Notes: a model not told the origin generated them from the sequence alone. A stretch of DNA of 64,000 nt from Candidatus Aenigmatarchaeota archaeon (GCA_046539325.1 JBKHHD010000003.1:843-64842); one strand, 5' to 3'. Shown: positions 27,972 through 36,790, counted from the first letter of the stretch. Numbers and translations are program-made.

Positions 27972-28300
27972 AGACTTAAATTTCTTTTTGGAGCCACATT
28001 CAAAGTAACTTTTCTAGGGGCTGACGAGATTACTGATAAACCCAAAGGACATTGGGAAAAACAGCAATTCACCTCGCTTAAAGTATCCTTCAGATCAACT
28101 TTGTGATGACCCCAACCTTTTAACTTACAGGCACCTATCAATGTTTACAGGGCCTGTGGTCTAACGGCAATACGGAACCGTGTTCTGATTTACGGTTCCT
28201 ACCGGAATGACATCGCCCTCGCAAGGAAACCCTTTAGAAAAGTGTTTCCATTTCCAAATAAAAACGAGAGAGGCGAAGACTCCGGGTTCAAAGGAAGGAA

Positions 28301-28849
28301 GTGAAACTTCCATCGCTTCCTTCGGAAACTCCCGGCAGGTCCATTTGTGGTACATTGGATGAAAAAGATGTACTTGAAACGGTGAAGCAGTTCGAGAAGA
28401 AGCTTCCAAAGTTCGAAGACGGAAGGATCGACTACCACGGCTCGGACACGGCGCCGGTACTAACTGTATTTGTGAAGCGCGGTGACAGGATCCTGCTTAT
28501 GAAGAGGAGCGACGAGGTGAGAACGTACAAAGGAAGGTGGAACACCGTCGCAGGCTACCTGGACGAGGTCCGACCGCTCCGCGAAAAGGTTCTGGAAGAA
28601 CTTGGGGAGGAAGTATCGATAACGGAGGAGAACATATCTTCGATCCGGTTCGGCGAACCTCTCAGGTTTACGGATGCGGACATAGACAAGACCTGGATAT
28701 CCCATCCTGTACTGGTAACCGTAAAGGAAGGGACGGAAGTAAAAACGGACTGGGAGCATACGGAGTACAGGTGGATAAAACCCGAAGAGCTGCAAGACTA
28801 CGACACCGTTCCGAAGCTCGAAGAAGGTCTGGAAAGAGTTCTCTCCTGA
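28301..28849 (+). CDS. NUDIX hydrolase
   Basis: Nudix box GRWNTVAGYLDEVRPLREKVLEELGEE. The start is uncertain because a strong hairpin spans 28272-28345. Confidence 0.7.
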   Translation: MKLPSLPSETPGRSICGTLDEKDVLETVKQFEKKLPKFEDGRIDYHGSDTAPVLTVFVKRGDRILLMKRSDEVRTYKGRWNTVAGYLDEVRPLREKVLEELGEEVSITEENISSIRFGEPLRFTDADIDKTWISHPVLVTVKEGTEVKTDWEHTEYRWIKPEELQDYDTVPKLEEGLERVLS

Positions 28850-28898
28850 ATCTAGATTTATAAAAGTTTTTACAAAAGATGACTATAGGGTGTGAAAA

Positions 28899-30368
28899 TT
28901 GGAGGAAGATATCCCAGAAAGCACTGATCCCATCGCTGCCTTGAGTCCCGTAGATGGGAGGTACGAAAGATACGCCAGAGAACTCACCGATTACCTCTCC
29001 GAGGCCGGGATACAGAAGAAAAGAACTGAGGTAGAAATAGAATACCTCAAAAAGCTTGCAGGACAAGAAGATTTTCCTCTTGAAATTTCTGAGGAGGAGG
29101 CTGAAGAGCTCGACAATATCTACGAAGATTTCACAAAGGAGGACGCAGAACTGATAAAACAGATAGAGACTCAGGGTTGGGAGGAAAGAAATATAAAGGC
29201 GACCAAACACGATGTCAAGGCCGTTGAATACTTCATAAGAGGTAAAGCCGATGAGAAAAACCTCGAAAAGATAAATCCATACGTCCATATGGCCTTGACT
29301 TCCGAAGACGTAACTAACTCGGCTTACGCCCTAGCGATCAAAGAAGCTACAGAAGACGTAATTCTTCCAAAAATCAAAGACCTTGGCAGGGACCTGGCCG
29401 AAGCCACAGAGGAGTACAAGGATCTCGTTATGCCAGGCCATACACATGGACAGAAAGCAGTGCCCACAACACTCGGCAAGGAGTTCGGGGTTTATTTAGG
29501 TAGACTCGGAAAAGCAGTTTCGGACCTGGAGAGGTCTAAGGAAAGGATAGAGGGAAAGCTTGGTGGAGCAACAGGAACCATGGCGGCCCACGACCTCTTG
29601 TCAAAGATATATGATTCGGACATCGACTGGATGGATTTCTCAGAGGACTTCGTCGAGTCCATGGATCTCGAACACGTCTCACCGACAACGCAGATAAAAC
29701 CGAGGGACGATATCGAAAGACTGTTCCAGAGTATAGTCAGGGCAAACAATGCGATAATAGATCTCAACAGAGACTGCTGGATGTATATCTCCCGGGACTA
29801 TCTGAGAGAAAAGACAAAGGAAGGTGAGGTAGGTTCCTCGACGATGCCGCAGAAGGTAAATCCTATAGACTTTGAAAACTCTGAAGGAAACCTATCCAAG
29901 GCCAACTTCGACCTGGAGTTCCTCGGCAACTACCTCACAAAATCAAGGATGCAGCGGGATCTCTCGGACTCCACCGTTCTGAGAAACATCGGACCTGCCT
30001 TTGGCCACGCTGCGATAGGCTACGAGAAAACTATGAAAGGATTGAACAAAATCACAGCCAACATAGAAGAAATGCAAAGGGACGTACGAGAAAGTCCTGA
30101 GATGCTGGGCGAAGCGCTTCAAATTGCCCTGAGAGCTGAGGAGGAAAATGATGCCTACGAATGGGTCAAAGACGAGATGAGAGGAGAAAGTCTCGAACTC
30201 TCGGACATAAGTAATATCGTCAATGGACTTGAAGAAAAGAGAGATATCAGCGAAGAGACTATAGAAATTCTCAAAGAAATGGAACCGTCTGACTACACAG
30301 GACTGGCCGAAGAATCAGCAGAAAAGGCCCTGGAAGAGAACAAGGAGATATTTGAATACAACCTCTGA
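28899..30368 (+). CDS. purB: Adenylosuccinate lyase
   Basis: HTHGQKAVPTTLGKEF. Signature GSSTMPQKVNPIDFENSEG. Confidence 0.9.
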   Translation: MEEDIPESTDPIAALSPVDGRYERYARELTDYLSEAGIQKKRTEVEIEYLKKLAGQEDFPLEISEEEAEELDNIYEDFTKEDAELIKQIETQGWEERNIKATKHDVKAVEYFIRGKADEKNLEKINPYVHMALTSEDVTNSAYALAIKEATEDVILPKIKDLGRDLAEATEEYKDLVMPGHTHGQKAVPTTLGKEFGVYLGRLGKAVSDLERSKERIEGKLGGATGTMAAHDLLSKIYDSDIDWMDFSEDFVESMDLEHVSPTTQIKPRDDIERLFQSIVRANNAIIDLNRDCWMYISRDYLREKTKEGEVGSSTMPQKVNPIDFENSEGNLSKANFDLEFLGNYLTKSRMQRDLSDSTVLRNIGPAFGHAAIGYEKTMKGLNKITANIEEMQRDVRESPEMLGEALQIALRAEEENDAYEWVKDEMRGESLELSDISNIVNGLEEKRDISEETIEILKEMEPSDYTGLAEESAEKALEENKEIFEYNL

Positions 30369-30429
30369 GCACAAAAACTTTCCTAACCAAAGTATTTTTA
30401 TCGCTCTCTGGAAATGTTAAAGGGTTAAG

Positions 30430-30963
30430 ATGCTAATATTTTTGACCTCCAACGAAGACAAGTTCAGAGAAGTAGAGAATATCCTGGATAGGGAGCTGGA
30501 ACGCAGGGACGTGGAACTGGAGGAGATACAGGCAGTAGAGATAGAGGAAGTTATAAAACACAAGCTAAGACAGGCTTACGAGCTTCTCAATGAGCCTGTT
30601 CTGGTCGAGGACACAGGCCTTTTCATCCATGCCTGGAATCGGCTCCCGGGCGCACTTACCAAGTTCTTCCTAAAGAAACTCAGCAGCGAGAAAATCTGCG
30701 GGATGGTAGACGAGAACAGAAAAGCTTCAGCAGAGACCTACGTCGGGTACAAAGACGGAGAAGACACAAGGATATTCAAAGGAACGGTCAAAGGAAGGAT
30801 AACCGAGGAGCCAAGGGGTGAAGGCTTTGGCTGGGACCCGATCTTCCAACCTGAAGGCTACGAAAGAACGTTCGGTGAAATGCCGCAGGAGGAGAAGAAC
30901 CAGATCTCGATGAGGAAGAAGGCTTTAGAAAAGTTGAATCAATATCTCTCTCCAAGAGGTTAA
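30430..30963 (+). CDS. Non-canonical purine NTP pyrophosphatase (Ham1/RdgB/ITPase)
   Basis: LTSNEDKFREV, FGWDPIFQPEGYERTFGEM, KNQISMRKKA. Confidence 0.85.
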   Translation: MLIFLTSNEDKFREVENILDRELERRDVELEEIQAVEIEEVIKHKLRQAYELLNEPVLVEDTGLFIHAWNRLPGALTKFFLKKLSSEKICGMVDENRKASAETYVGYKDGEDTRIFKGTVKGRITEEPRGEGFGWDPIFQPEGYERTFGEMPQEEKNQISMRKKALEKLNQYLSPRG

Positions 30964-31003
30964 CTTCAATTAATTTAAAGATTAGGATAAATATAATCCT
31001 ATT

Positions 31004-31297
31004 ATGACAGAATACAAACTAAGGTTAGCTGTCTCCCTGGAAATACTGGAGAGGATTACTCCGTATAGAGATAGGGGTTTCTCAGGAAACATTCAAACAA
31101 AGGAAGAGTTTATGAAGAACTGCAGGATACCCGACCAAAGTGTTATTATAGACAATTTTAGGAGGCAAGCCGCTGCTTCCGACAGTGAAAAAAAGAGTAA
31201 AAACTACCGAGAAATGATTGAGCAAGTCCAGGAAATAGACAACGAAGATTGGGTTGATGTAGTTTACTCTATAGCCAATGGTGACTACGAGCTATAA
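31004..31297 (+). CDS. Hypothetical small protein
   Basis: 97-aa ORF with ATG. No recognisable motif. Confidence 0.35.
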   Translation: MTEYKLRLAVSLEILERITPYRDRGFSGNIQTKEEFMKNCRIPDQSVIIDNFRRQAAASDSEKKSKNYREMIEQVQEIDNEDWVDVVYSIANGDYEL

Positions 31298-31341
31298 GAA
31301 GGGCAAAGCCTGATTTATGACATAGTATTTCTTATTTAAAA

Positions 31342-31349
31342 TTTAAATA
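31342..31349 (+). promoter_or_regulatory. TATA box for tRNA-Ile
   Basis: TTTAAATA lies 27 nt upstream of the tRNA 5' end at 31377. A second A/T box TTATTTAAAA sits just upstream. Confidence 0.45.
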
Positions 31350-31376
31350 ACACAGAACATTAGAATTGTTAGGCAT

Positions 31377-31500
31377 GGGACGGTGGCTTAGCCTGGTTAG
31401 ACGCCGGAAAGGAAATTTCCGTTTTTTGCCGCTTCCGGTGGGCAAAAGCGCCACGCTGATAACGTGGAAGTCGCCGGTTCGAATCCGGCCCGTCCCACCA
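31377..31500 (+). tRNA. tRNA-Ile (anticodon GAT) with a ~47-nt non-canonical intron in the D-loop. CCA encoded
   Basis: Acceptor GGGACGG/CCGTCCC. D-stem GCTT...AAGC restored only after removing ~31401-31447. Anticodon arm CCACG-CTGATAA-CGTGG. T-arm GCCGG-TTCGAAT-CCGGC. Confidence 0.65.
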
Positions 31501-31544
31501 TCCAAGCTTTTATAGAGTCGGGAGAAATGGAATAACAAACACAG

Positions 31545-31674
31545 GCCGGCGTGGCCTAGTGGTTAAGGCGCTGCGCTCATAAACAATAATTTATGAGCTT
31601 TGATCCGCTGACGCGGAGATGAAAAATTTTGCGGTGCAACGCAGAGAGCGAGGGTTCGACCCCCTCCGCCGGCA
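31545..31674 (+). tRNA. tRNA with CAT anticodon (elongator Met or Ile2) with a 57-nt intron at 37/38. No encoded CCA
   Basis: Acceptor GCCGGCG/CGCCGGC. D-arm GCCT-AGTGGTTA-AGGC. Anticodon stem CTGCG/CGCAG. Loop CTCATA[intron]A, where intron TTATGAG pairs with loop CTCATAA. T-arm GAGGG-TTCGACC-CCCTC. TATA TTTTATAG 29 nt upstream. Confidence 0.65.
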
Positions 31675-31709
31675 TCCCTTTTCAATCTTAGTCCGTTGAT
31701 TTCTTCGTT

Positions 31710-32576
31710 CTAAAGTAAAAAGCCTGTGGTATACTCGGCGTTTCCGACGGAACTTCCAAGGTCGTCCAGAGTCAGTTTCCTGTCTTTTTTTCTGTCAACG
31801 AGCTCGAGCTGTGAGATCTTCGCCGGATACTCCCTGTACGTCAGTTTGTTGGGTATAAGTCCCGCAAGCTTCTTGCGGAACTTCCACGAGGCCTTTGAGT
31901 AGGGCTCAACTGTGAAGTTCAACTCCTTCTGTCCATTTTCTCCTTCCGCAGATATATGGAAAGATGGGAGATCTCCTTCTTCGTCCATATTTATTGAAAA
32001 CTCACTGAAACTATGTGTCTCGTCACCGTCGTAAAAGGCCAGCTCTTCCTTGAGAGTTTTCCCGAACAACCAGGACTTGTGGTAGTCGATGAATGCACCG
32101 TTCTCGAAGTGGAATATACCCCAGTACCAGCTCGGTGTTGGAGCTTTTATGTTCACCCGCTGGAAGTAGGCACTGCCCTCGGCAACCTCTCCGTCTACCT
32201 CGCTTTCGGGGCTGAGATATGTGGCCCTCAAAACCGACTGGCTCATACCAAAGGGATACTCTTTTGAGAGCTTCGAGCTGTTGGCAAAGCTATAGTTCTT
32301 CCTCGGCGTAGCCGTAAAACGAAATCCGTCTCCAATGGTTACTTCACAGCTTTCTTCATCAACTTGGAAAACTGTGGGCGTTTTGCCCTCCGTCTTCAGT
32401 GAAGAGGAATCCATCTTCATCTCCGACTTCTCCACAATGAAGTTATGGTGCATCTCTTCGCCATCAAAATACCAGGAAGCGACCACACCCTTTGAATCCT
32501 CGTCCTCTCCAAACTCAAACGTCCTACCGTTGCAGGTTATAGGTTTTTTGTCCTTCCGGGACCAGAGAACTGCCAT
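31710..32576 (-). CDS. Hypothetical protein
   Basis: 288-aa ORF of acidic, beta-rich composition next to the tRNA pair. No recognisable motif. Confidence 0.45.
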   Translation of the reverse strand: MAVLWSRKDKKPITCNGRTFEFGEDEDSKGVVASWYFDGEEMHHNFIVEKSEMKMDSSSLKTEGKTPTVFQVDEESCEVTIGDGFRFTATPRKNYSFANSSKLSKEYPFGMSQSVLRATYLSPESEVDGEVAEGSAYFQRVNIKAPTPSWYWGIFHFENGAFIDYHKSWLFGKTLKEELAFYDGDETHSFSEFSINMDEEGDLPSFHISAEGENGQKELNFTVEPYSKASWKFRKKLAGLIPNKLTYREYPAKISQLELVDRKKDRKLTLDDLGSSVGNAEYTTGFLL

Positions 32577-32834
32577 CTACCTTGGCTTCTCCACTTCAGA
32601 AGGATCGTCTATAAAGAAGAGCCAAAACAGCCAGAACCAGCCATTACTTCGAAGTTCGCTTCCAGCATCTTTGAAAACCTCCTCTTCCAGTTCAACCGAC
32701 AGTTCTTTGCCCAGGAACTTCAATTTATCACGACATTACAAGCGTAAGGGACATTTTAAACTTTACTGTAAACTATTGGAATACAGTTCCGAACGATTGC
32801 TTAAAAGTTAAAAACTCTCGGCTCGTATCTTATA

Positions 32835-33365
32835 ATGGTGTTGAAAATGAACGTTTCTGAGGCAATCCTTACAAGAAGATCCGTACGATCCTACAAGGAA
32901 AAGGAGATTCCCGAGGAGCAGCTACAGAAGGTTATAGAGTCTGGAAGAATGGCACCTTCCGCCCGGAACAAACAGGACTGGAAATTCATCCTGGTTGAGG
33001 ACGAAGATAAGAGAGAAGAGCTATGTGAAGCCGCCAGTGGCCAGAAGTTTGTCAAGGAAGCTCCCACGGTCATCGTGGGCGTAGCGACGGACCCCGAAGA
33101 CGTTATGCAATGTAGAGTTCGAACGGGAACAGTGGACGTAACGATAGCAATGGACCACATCACTCTGAAGGCAGCGGAGGAAGGACTTGGAACCTGTTGG
33201 ATTGGAGCTTTTGACCAGGAAGAGGTTAAAGAGATTCTGAACATACCTGAAGGCTGCAAGGTAATTGCCCTGATGCCCATAGGCTATCCGGATGAAGAGC
33301 TTGAAGTCATGTACAAGGAAAGGAAGAATCCAGAGGACATAACCTGCAGAGACACATACTACTGA
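32835..33365 (+). CDS. Nitroreductase-family flavoprotein
   Basis: LTRRSVRSY, APSARNKQDWKFILVED, ~175 aa. Confidence 0.8.
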   Translation: MVLKMNVSEAILTRRSVRSYKEKEIPEEQLQKVIESGRMAPSARNKQDWKFILVEDEDKREELCEAASGQKFVKEAPTVIVGVATDPEDVMQCRVRTGTVDVTIAMDHITLKAAEEGLGTCWIGAFDQEEVKEILNIPEGCKVIALMPIGYPDEELEVMYKERKNPEDITCRDTYY

Positions 33366-33372
33366 ACTACCT

Positions 33373-34086
33373 TCAAACGGAAGAACAGGCCTCGCAGTTT
33401 TCTCTCTTATTTACTTGGATATATCGAATCTCGTTTTCCTTGAGGTTTGTCTTCAGAAGCCTTTGGTTTGCAGTCCCCTCACTAGTCAAGTACTTTACGA
33501 CCTCTGAAGCCTGAAAAGAAGCTATGAAGGAAACCGCGAAGTTCGAGACGCCTTCTTCACTACAGCTCTTCAGGACATTTGACGAAGGCTTTTCAGGATA
33601 AAGGCAACGAAAACATGGGCCCTGATCAGGCAGAAAAGTCATTGATCTTCCCTCGTAACCAACTACGGAACCGTGTACAAGAGGTATACCCCTTTCCATG
33701 CAAAATCTATTCAACAGATACCTTGTTTCCATGTTGTCTAAACAGTCCACGACCACACCAACATCCTTCAGATATTCTTCTGTATCCGAACTGAAGTTTT
33801 CCGAGAACGCTCTAACTTCTGCTGAGCAGGACTCCTCGATCAGTTCCTTCATAACAACTGCCTTGTTTCTGCCTGTATCTTTCCTCCTGTAAAGCGTCCG
33901 ATGGATGTTGGACTCCTCAACTACGTCGCCGTCGACAAGACGAAGATCAATGCCGGATCTGGCCAGGAGGTTCGCAACGTTCGATCCAAGTCCGCCACAC
34001 CCAACCACTAGGGACAACGAATCCTCGAGCTTCTGCTGGTTCTCTTTCCCAAAGAGCTTGACCTGACGGTCATAAATCTCGGACAT
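33373..34086 (-). CDS. E1-like adenylyltransferase, ThiF/MoeB/UbaA family
   Basis: VVGCGGLGSNVANLLARSGI Rossmann motif. CxxC CFRCLYP. Confidence 0.8.
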   Translation of the reverse strand: MSEIYDRQVKLFGKENQQKLEDSLSLVVGCGGLGSNVANLLARSGIDLRLVDGDVVEESNIHRTLYRRKDTGRNKAVVMKELIEESCSAEVRAFSENFSSDTEEYLKDVGVVVDCLDNMETRYLLNRFCMERGIPLVHGSVVGYEGRSMTFLPDQGPCFRCLYPEKPSSNVLKSCSEEGVSNFAVSFIASFQASEVVKYLTSEGTANQRLLKTNLKENEIRYIQVNKRENCEACSSV

Positions 34087-34133
34087 AAGAAAGTCCTATA
34101 ATTTCGAAGATTGAAATAAGTTGAGCAAGGATT

Positions 34134-34562
34134 CTATGGAAGTTCACAGTTTACTTCGTCTGCAATTTCGCCTGGTGAAACCACGCCTGTATTGTAGTGC
34201 TGCCCGTTTATGTGTATCTCAGGTACAGCCGTTCTCTTCATTTCGTTGCTACATCTCTGCTGCTCCTGAGAACACTCGACAAAAATCTGGCCTATAAGGT
34301 CAAAACCACCTAAGCTCTCAGCTAGCTGCGTGCAGGCCGAACATGTGTGCGTTCCGTATATCGTGACGCCGCCCTCGTCCAGGCAGTCTATGAAGTCTCT
34401 GGCCTCTTCCTCTGAGACCTGGTTGCCTGCTATCATGTAACCGGTGTCTGTGTCCTCGCCCATTTCATCAGTTAGGTAGAAGCCAGTGATTATGAGAATA
34501 ACCACAAGAACTGAAACTCCAAGGATAGTCTTACCGGTTATCGTTATATCATTATCTGACAT
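34134..34562 (-). CDS. Membrane-anchored extracytoplasmic thioredoxin/glutaredoxin-like protein
   Basis: Signal-anchor MSDNDITITGKTILGVSVLVVILIITGF. CxxC YGTHTCSACTQ. Glutaredoxin-like VPEIHINGQHY. The ORF-track start at 34658 would overlap the 5' end of the divergent gene, so the ATG at 34562 is preferred. Confidence 0.6.
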   Translation of the reverse strand: MSDNDITITGKTILGVSVLVVILIITGFYLTDEMGEDTDTGYMIAGNQVSEEEARDFIDCLDEGGVTIYGTHTCSACTQLAESLGGFDLIGQIFVECSQEQQRCSNEMKRTAVPEIHINGQHYNTGVVSPGEIADEVNCELP

Positions 34563-34656
34563 ACCATGTTTATTTTGAGAAAAATATTTAAGCTTTTTTT
34601 TGTCGCTGCCGAACAAAATAAAAAGGAATATAAGTACTAAGCTCCAACTATCATGC

Positions 34657-35157
34657 ATGAAAAAAACTCCGCTGATACTCTTCGGAGCAGGCGTAATACT
34701 TGCAGCTTTGCTTATGACAGTTTCATTCGAAACTAAAGGATTGGATCACGAAAAAACTATTAACAGAGCGCAAGAATACTCTGAAAGACAGGAGGTATGC
34801 ACAGACCAACACAAGCAGTTGGTCTCGCCTGACGGAGAAGTAGAATACGAAGCTCCTGACGGCTGTGAAATATCCTTCCTAGAAGAAAGGGGTTGGAGGC
34901 CACCCGGCGAGAAAGCTCCTGAACAAAGGATAGTCACAACCTGCCTGGATGACGAAGAGTGTGGATGGGTTAGTACAAACTGCTGCTCGGAAAACATGGG
35001 AGCCAGCTGGGAGTGTGTGAACAAAGAAGAGACTGTGCTTGACTGTCCTGAAAAATCTGTATGTCCAGCAGTCATGAATCCAAAACCAGTGGAAGATTGT
35101 GTATGTGTGGATGGTTCCTGTGAAGCCACAGACGGAAACGAAGGAGTTATCAAATAG
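34657..35157 (+). CDS. Secreted Cys-rich protein (13 Cys)
   Basis: Signal/anchor MKKTPLILFGAGVILAALLMTV, then an acidic Cys-rich domain (CTDQH...CEIS...CLDDEECGW...NCCSEN...CVNK...DCPEKSVCPAV...DCVCVDGSCEA). Confidence 0.55.
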   Translation: MKKTPLILFGAGVILAALLMTVSFETKGLDHEKTINRAQEYSERQEVCTDQHKQLVSPDGEVEYEAPDGCEISFLEERGWRPPGEKAPEQRIVTTCLDDEECGWVSTNCCSENMGASWECVNKEETVLDCPEKSVCPAVMNPKPVEDCVCVDGSCEATDGNEGVIK

Positions 35158-35175
35158 TTATTTGGCTAAATTCAG

Positions 35176-36201
35176 CTAATCAACAAGTGAGGTTATGTCC
35201 TTACAAACTACAGCTACGTTTTTTACTTCGTCTGTATCAGTATTTTTTACTGGACTCAGGGTTCTGAGAAAGTGTCTTTCAGGCTCTTGCCAAGAATGCC
35301 TGTGCTTAACGGTTTCACCTGTTTCAAAAACCTTTTGTACCTTCTCCTTGAACTCCTCAACTTCGTCTTTCCCATGAAATTCTTCAAATTTACTGCCGAT
35401 AATATTATTTTCATCAGCACCTAGTCTTTGGGTCATCTCATCATTGACAAGAATATACCTACAGTCTTCATCCACCATATAGATAGAGTCGTCGGATGCA
35501 TTTATAAGGGAGGCTAATCTTTCTTTCGTTTTCTTTATCTCCTTTGTCCTCTCTTTCACAAGATCCCCCAGCCTTTGCCTATACATCTCACATTCTCTTT
35601 CAGCCTCTTTTCTTTCGGTTATATCCTTAAATATTAGAGTAAACCCTGTCATACCGTTCTGGAAAGTCGTTGGAATCATATCCACCTCCATATGACACTG
35701 TTTAGAATCATCCTCGAAGGAAATTTCTACGGTTCTTTCCTCGTCCCCAACCAAAGCCGACTGTAGTTCAGGTATAATACTTTCACCAGGGAAGCTAGGC
35801 ATAGAATCATCTCCGGCTTCGTCCGTCCTGAAAGGAGGTATATCAATTTCCTTAACCTTCTTTCCGATTACTTCTTCATCCAGATCAAAGCTCTCAAAGA
35901 ACTTGCTGTTGGCCTGCACAAGCTCCATAGAAGTGTTGAGAACAGCTATGCAGTCATCACTGTAGTTAAGAACAGCACTCAAAGGAACCCTTTCCGAAAG
36001 GCTGTAAACCTTTGCAGGTCCAATTTTTTCCCTTTCGGCTTCCCCTGAAATTGTAAGAATCTCCAGATACTTCGCCACAGAGTTTCTGTTGAGATCTACT
36101 TCCTCTGAAATATCCTGTATCGTCATTCCTCGTGGATTTTCCTCAAGTACCTGCTTCACTTCGTTCAGATTTTTATTCTTCTGTGGTGTTTTAGAATTCA
36201 T
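35176..36201 (-). CDS. Transcription regulator with an N-terminal HTH and tandem PAS domains
   Basis: N-terminal GMTIQDISEEVDLNRNSVAKYLEILTISGEAE is a winged-HTH pattern. Two PAS-like segments follow (DDCIAVLNTSMELVQANSKFFESF and DDSIYMVDEDCRYILVNDEMTQRLG). Confidence 0.6.
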   Translation of the reverse strand: MNSKTPQKNKNLNEVKQVLEENPRGMTIQDISEEVDLNRNSVAKYLEILTISGEAEREKIGPAKVYSLSERVPLSAVLNYSDDCIAVLNTSMELVQANSKFFESFDLDEEVIGKKVKEIDIPPFRTDEAGDDSMPSFPGESIIPELQSALVGDEERTVEISFEDDSKQCHMEVDMIPTTFQNGMTGFTLIFKDITERKEAERECEMYRQRLGDLVKERTKEIKKTKERLASLINASDDSIYMVDEDCRYILVNDEMTQRLGADENNIIGSKFEEFHGKDEVEEFKEKVQKVFETGETVKHRHSWQEPERHFLRTLSPVKNTDTDEVKNVAVVCKDITSLVD

Positions 36202-36414
36202 TATAGCTAGCCTACTTTCCCACTTTTTTATGCTTTACGGTTTTGCATATCACTACTGATTTGCAAAAACACAAACTTTAAGTAATTGAAGATGTAATAC
36301 TAAACTCCCTCGCAAACCAGATTCGGTTTGCATGGGTGGGGGTAAAAAGCAAACACCTAGTCCTCAGTGCCCTAACTACACAACCTAAAACCTAGGAAAA
36401 AACAAATCGGTCAG

Positions 36415-36618
36415 ATGGAGGTGTGCCGAATTAAGTACGCACTTAAGGATCTTCAAAACCTCTCAGAAAAGCTTTCAGAAGACCTCAGAATTGACAATAA
36501 AGGGGTCAACGAAATTCTAAGCATTATGATTTTCTTCAGAGAAGGAAACATTGACCTTGAAACCGCAATAAAGGACCTCGATTCAATTTACGAAACCGAA
36601 CTCATCTTCAGGGGGTGA
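36415..36618 (+). CDS. Hypothetical small protein
   Basis: 67-aa ORF with ATG. No motif, no obvious RBS. Confidence 0.3.
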   Translation: MEVCRIKYALKDLQNLSEKLSEDLRIDNKGVNEILSIMIFFREGNIDLETAIKDLDSIYETELIFRG

Positions 36619-36622
36619 AAAT

Positions 36623-36760
36623 TTGATAAAGGATGATTCCTGTCCAAGATGTTCAAGGAAAGTTACTTCAAATGCTCTCGAGTGCCCGACCTGCGGACTG
36701 AAGTTAAGGATCATAGAAGAAGAAACAAGACTAAACGAAGGACGGATACAAAACTGGTAG
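36623..36760 (+). CDS. Small zinc-ribbon protein (45 aa). Not in the ORF track. TTG start
   Basis: Translation LIKDDSCPRCSRKVTSNALECPTCGLKLRIIEEETRLNEGRIQNW has two CxxC pairs. GGGGGTGA lies 5-12 nt upstream. A hairpin plus T6 follows downstream. Confidence 0.4.
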   Translation: MIKDDSCPRCSRKVTSNALECPTCGLKLRIIEEETRLNEGRIQNW

Positions 36761-36790
36761 ATTGTATGGCCTGAAGTCCTGACCTAGGTT

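Noticed and set aside
28096-28195. C/D box sRNA (GTGATGA ... CTGA)
   Set aside because: C and D boxes are ~85 nt apart with no convincing C'/D' or terminal stem
28272-28345. GGAAGGAAG-containing hairpin as an SRP RNA domain IV
   Set aside because: Only a short resemblance to the bacterial 4.5S apical sequence. No flanking helices of a ~300-nt 7S RNA. The region is too short
28161-28438. Two small minus-strand ORFs in the divergent region upstream of NUDIX
   Set aside because: They overlap a structured intergenic region and the NUDIX 5' end. No motifs. More likely non-coding
31332-31538. 68-aa minus ORF overlapping tRNA-Ile
   Set aside because: The interval is fully explained by the intron-containing tRNA. 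Also 59565..59798 and 59724..59954 overlap tRNA-Leu/Tyr
31545-31674. Initiator tRNA-Met call
   Set aside because: G1:C72 rather than the A1:U72 typical of archaeal initiators. Left as elongator Met or Ile2
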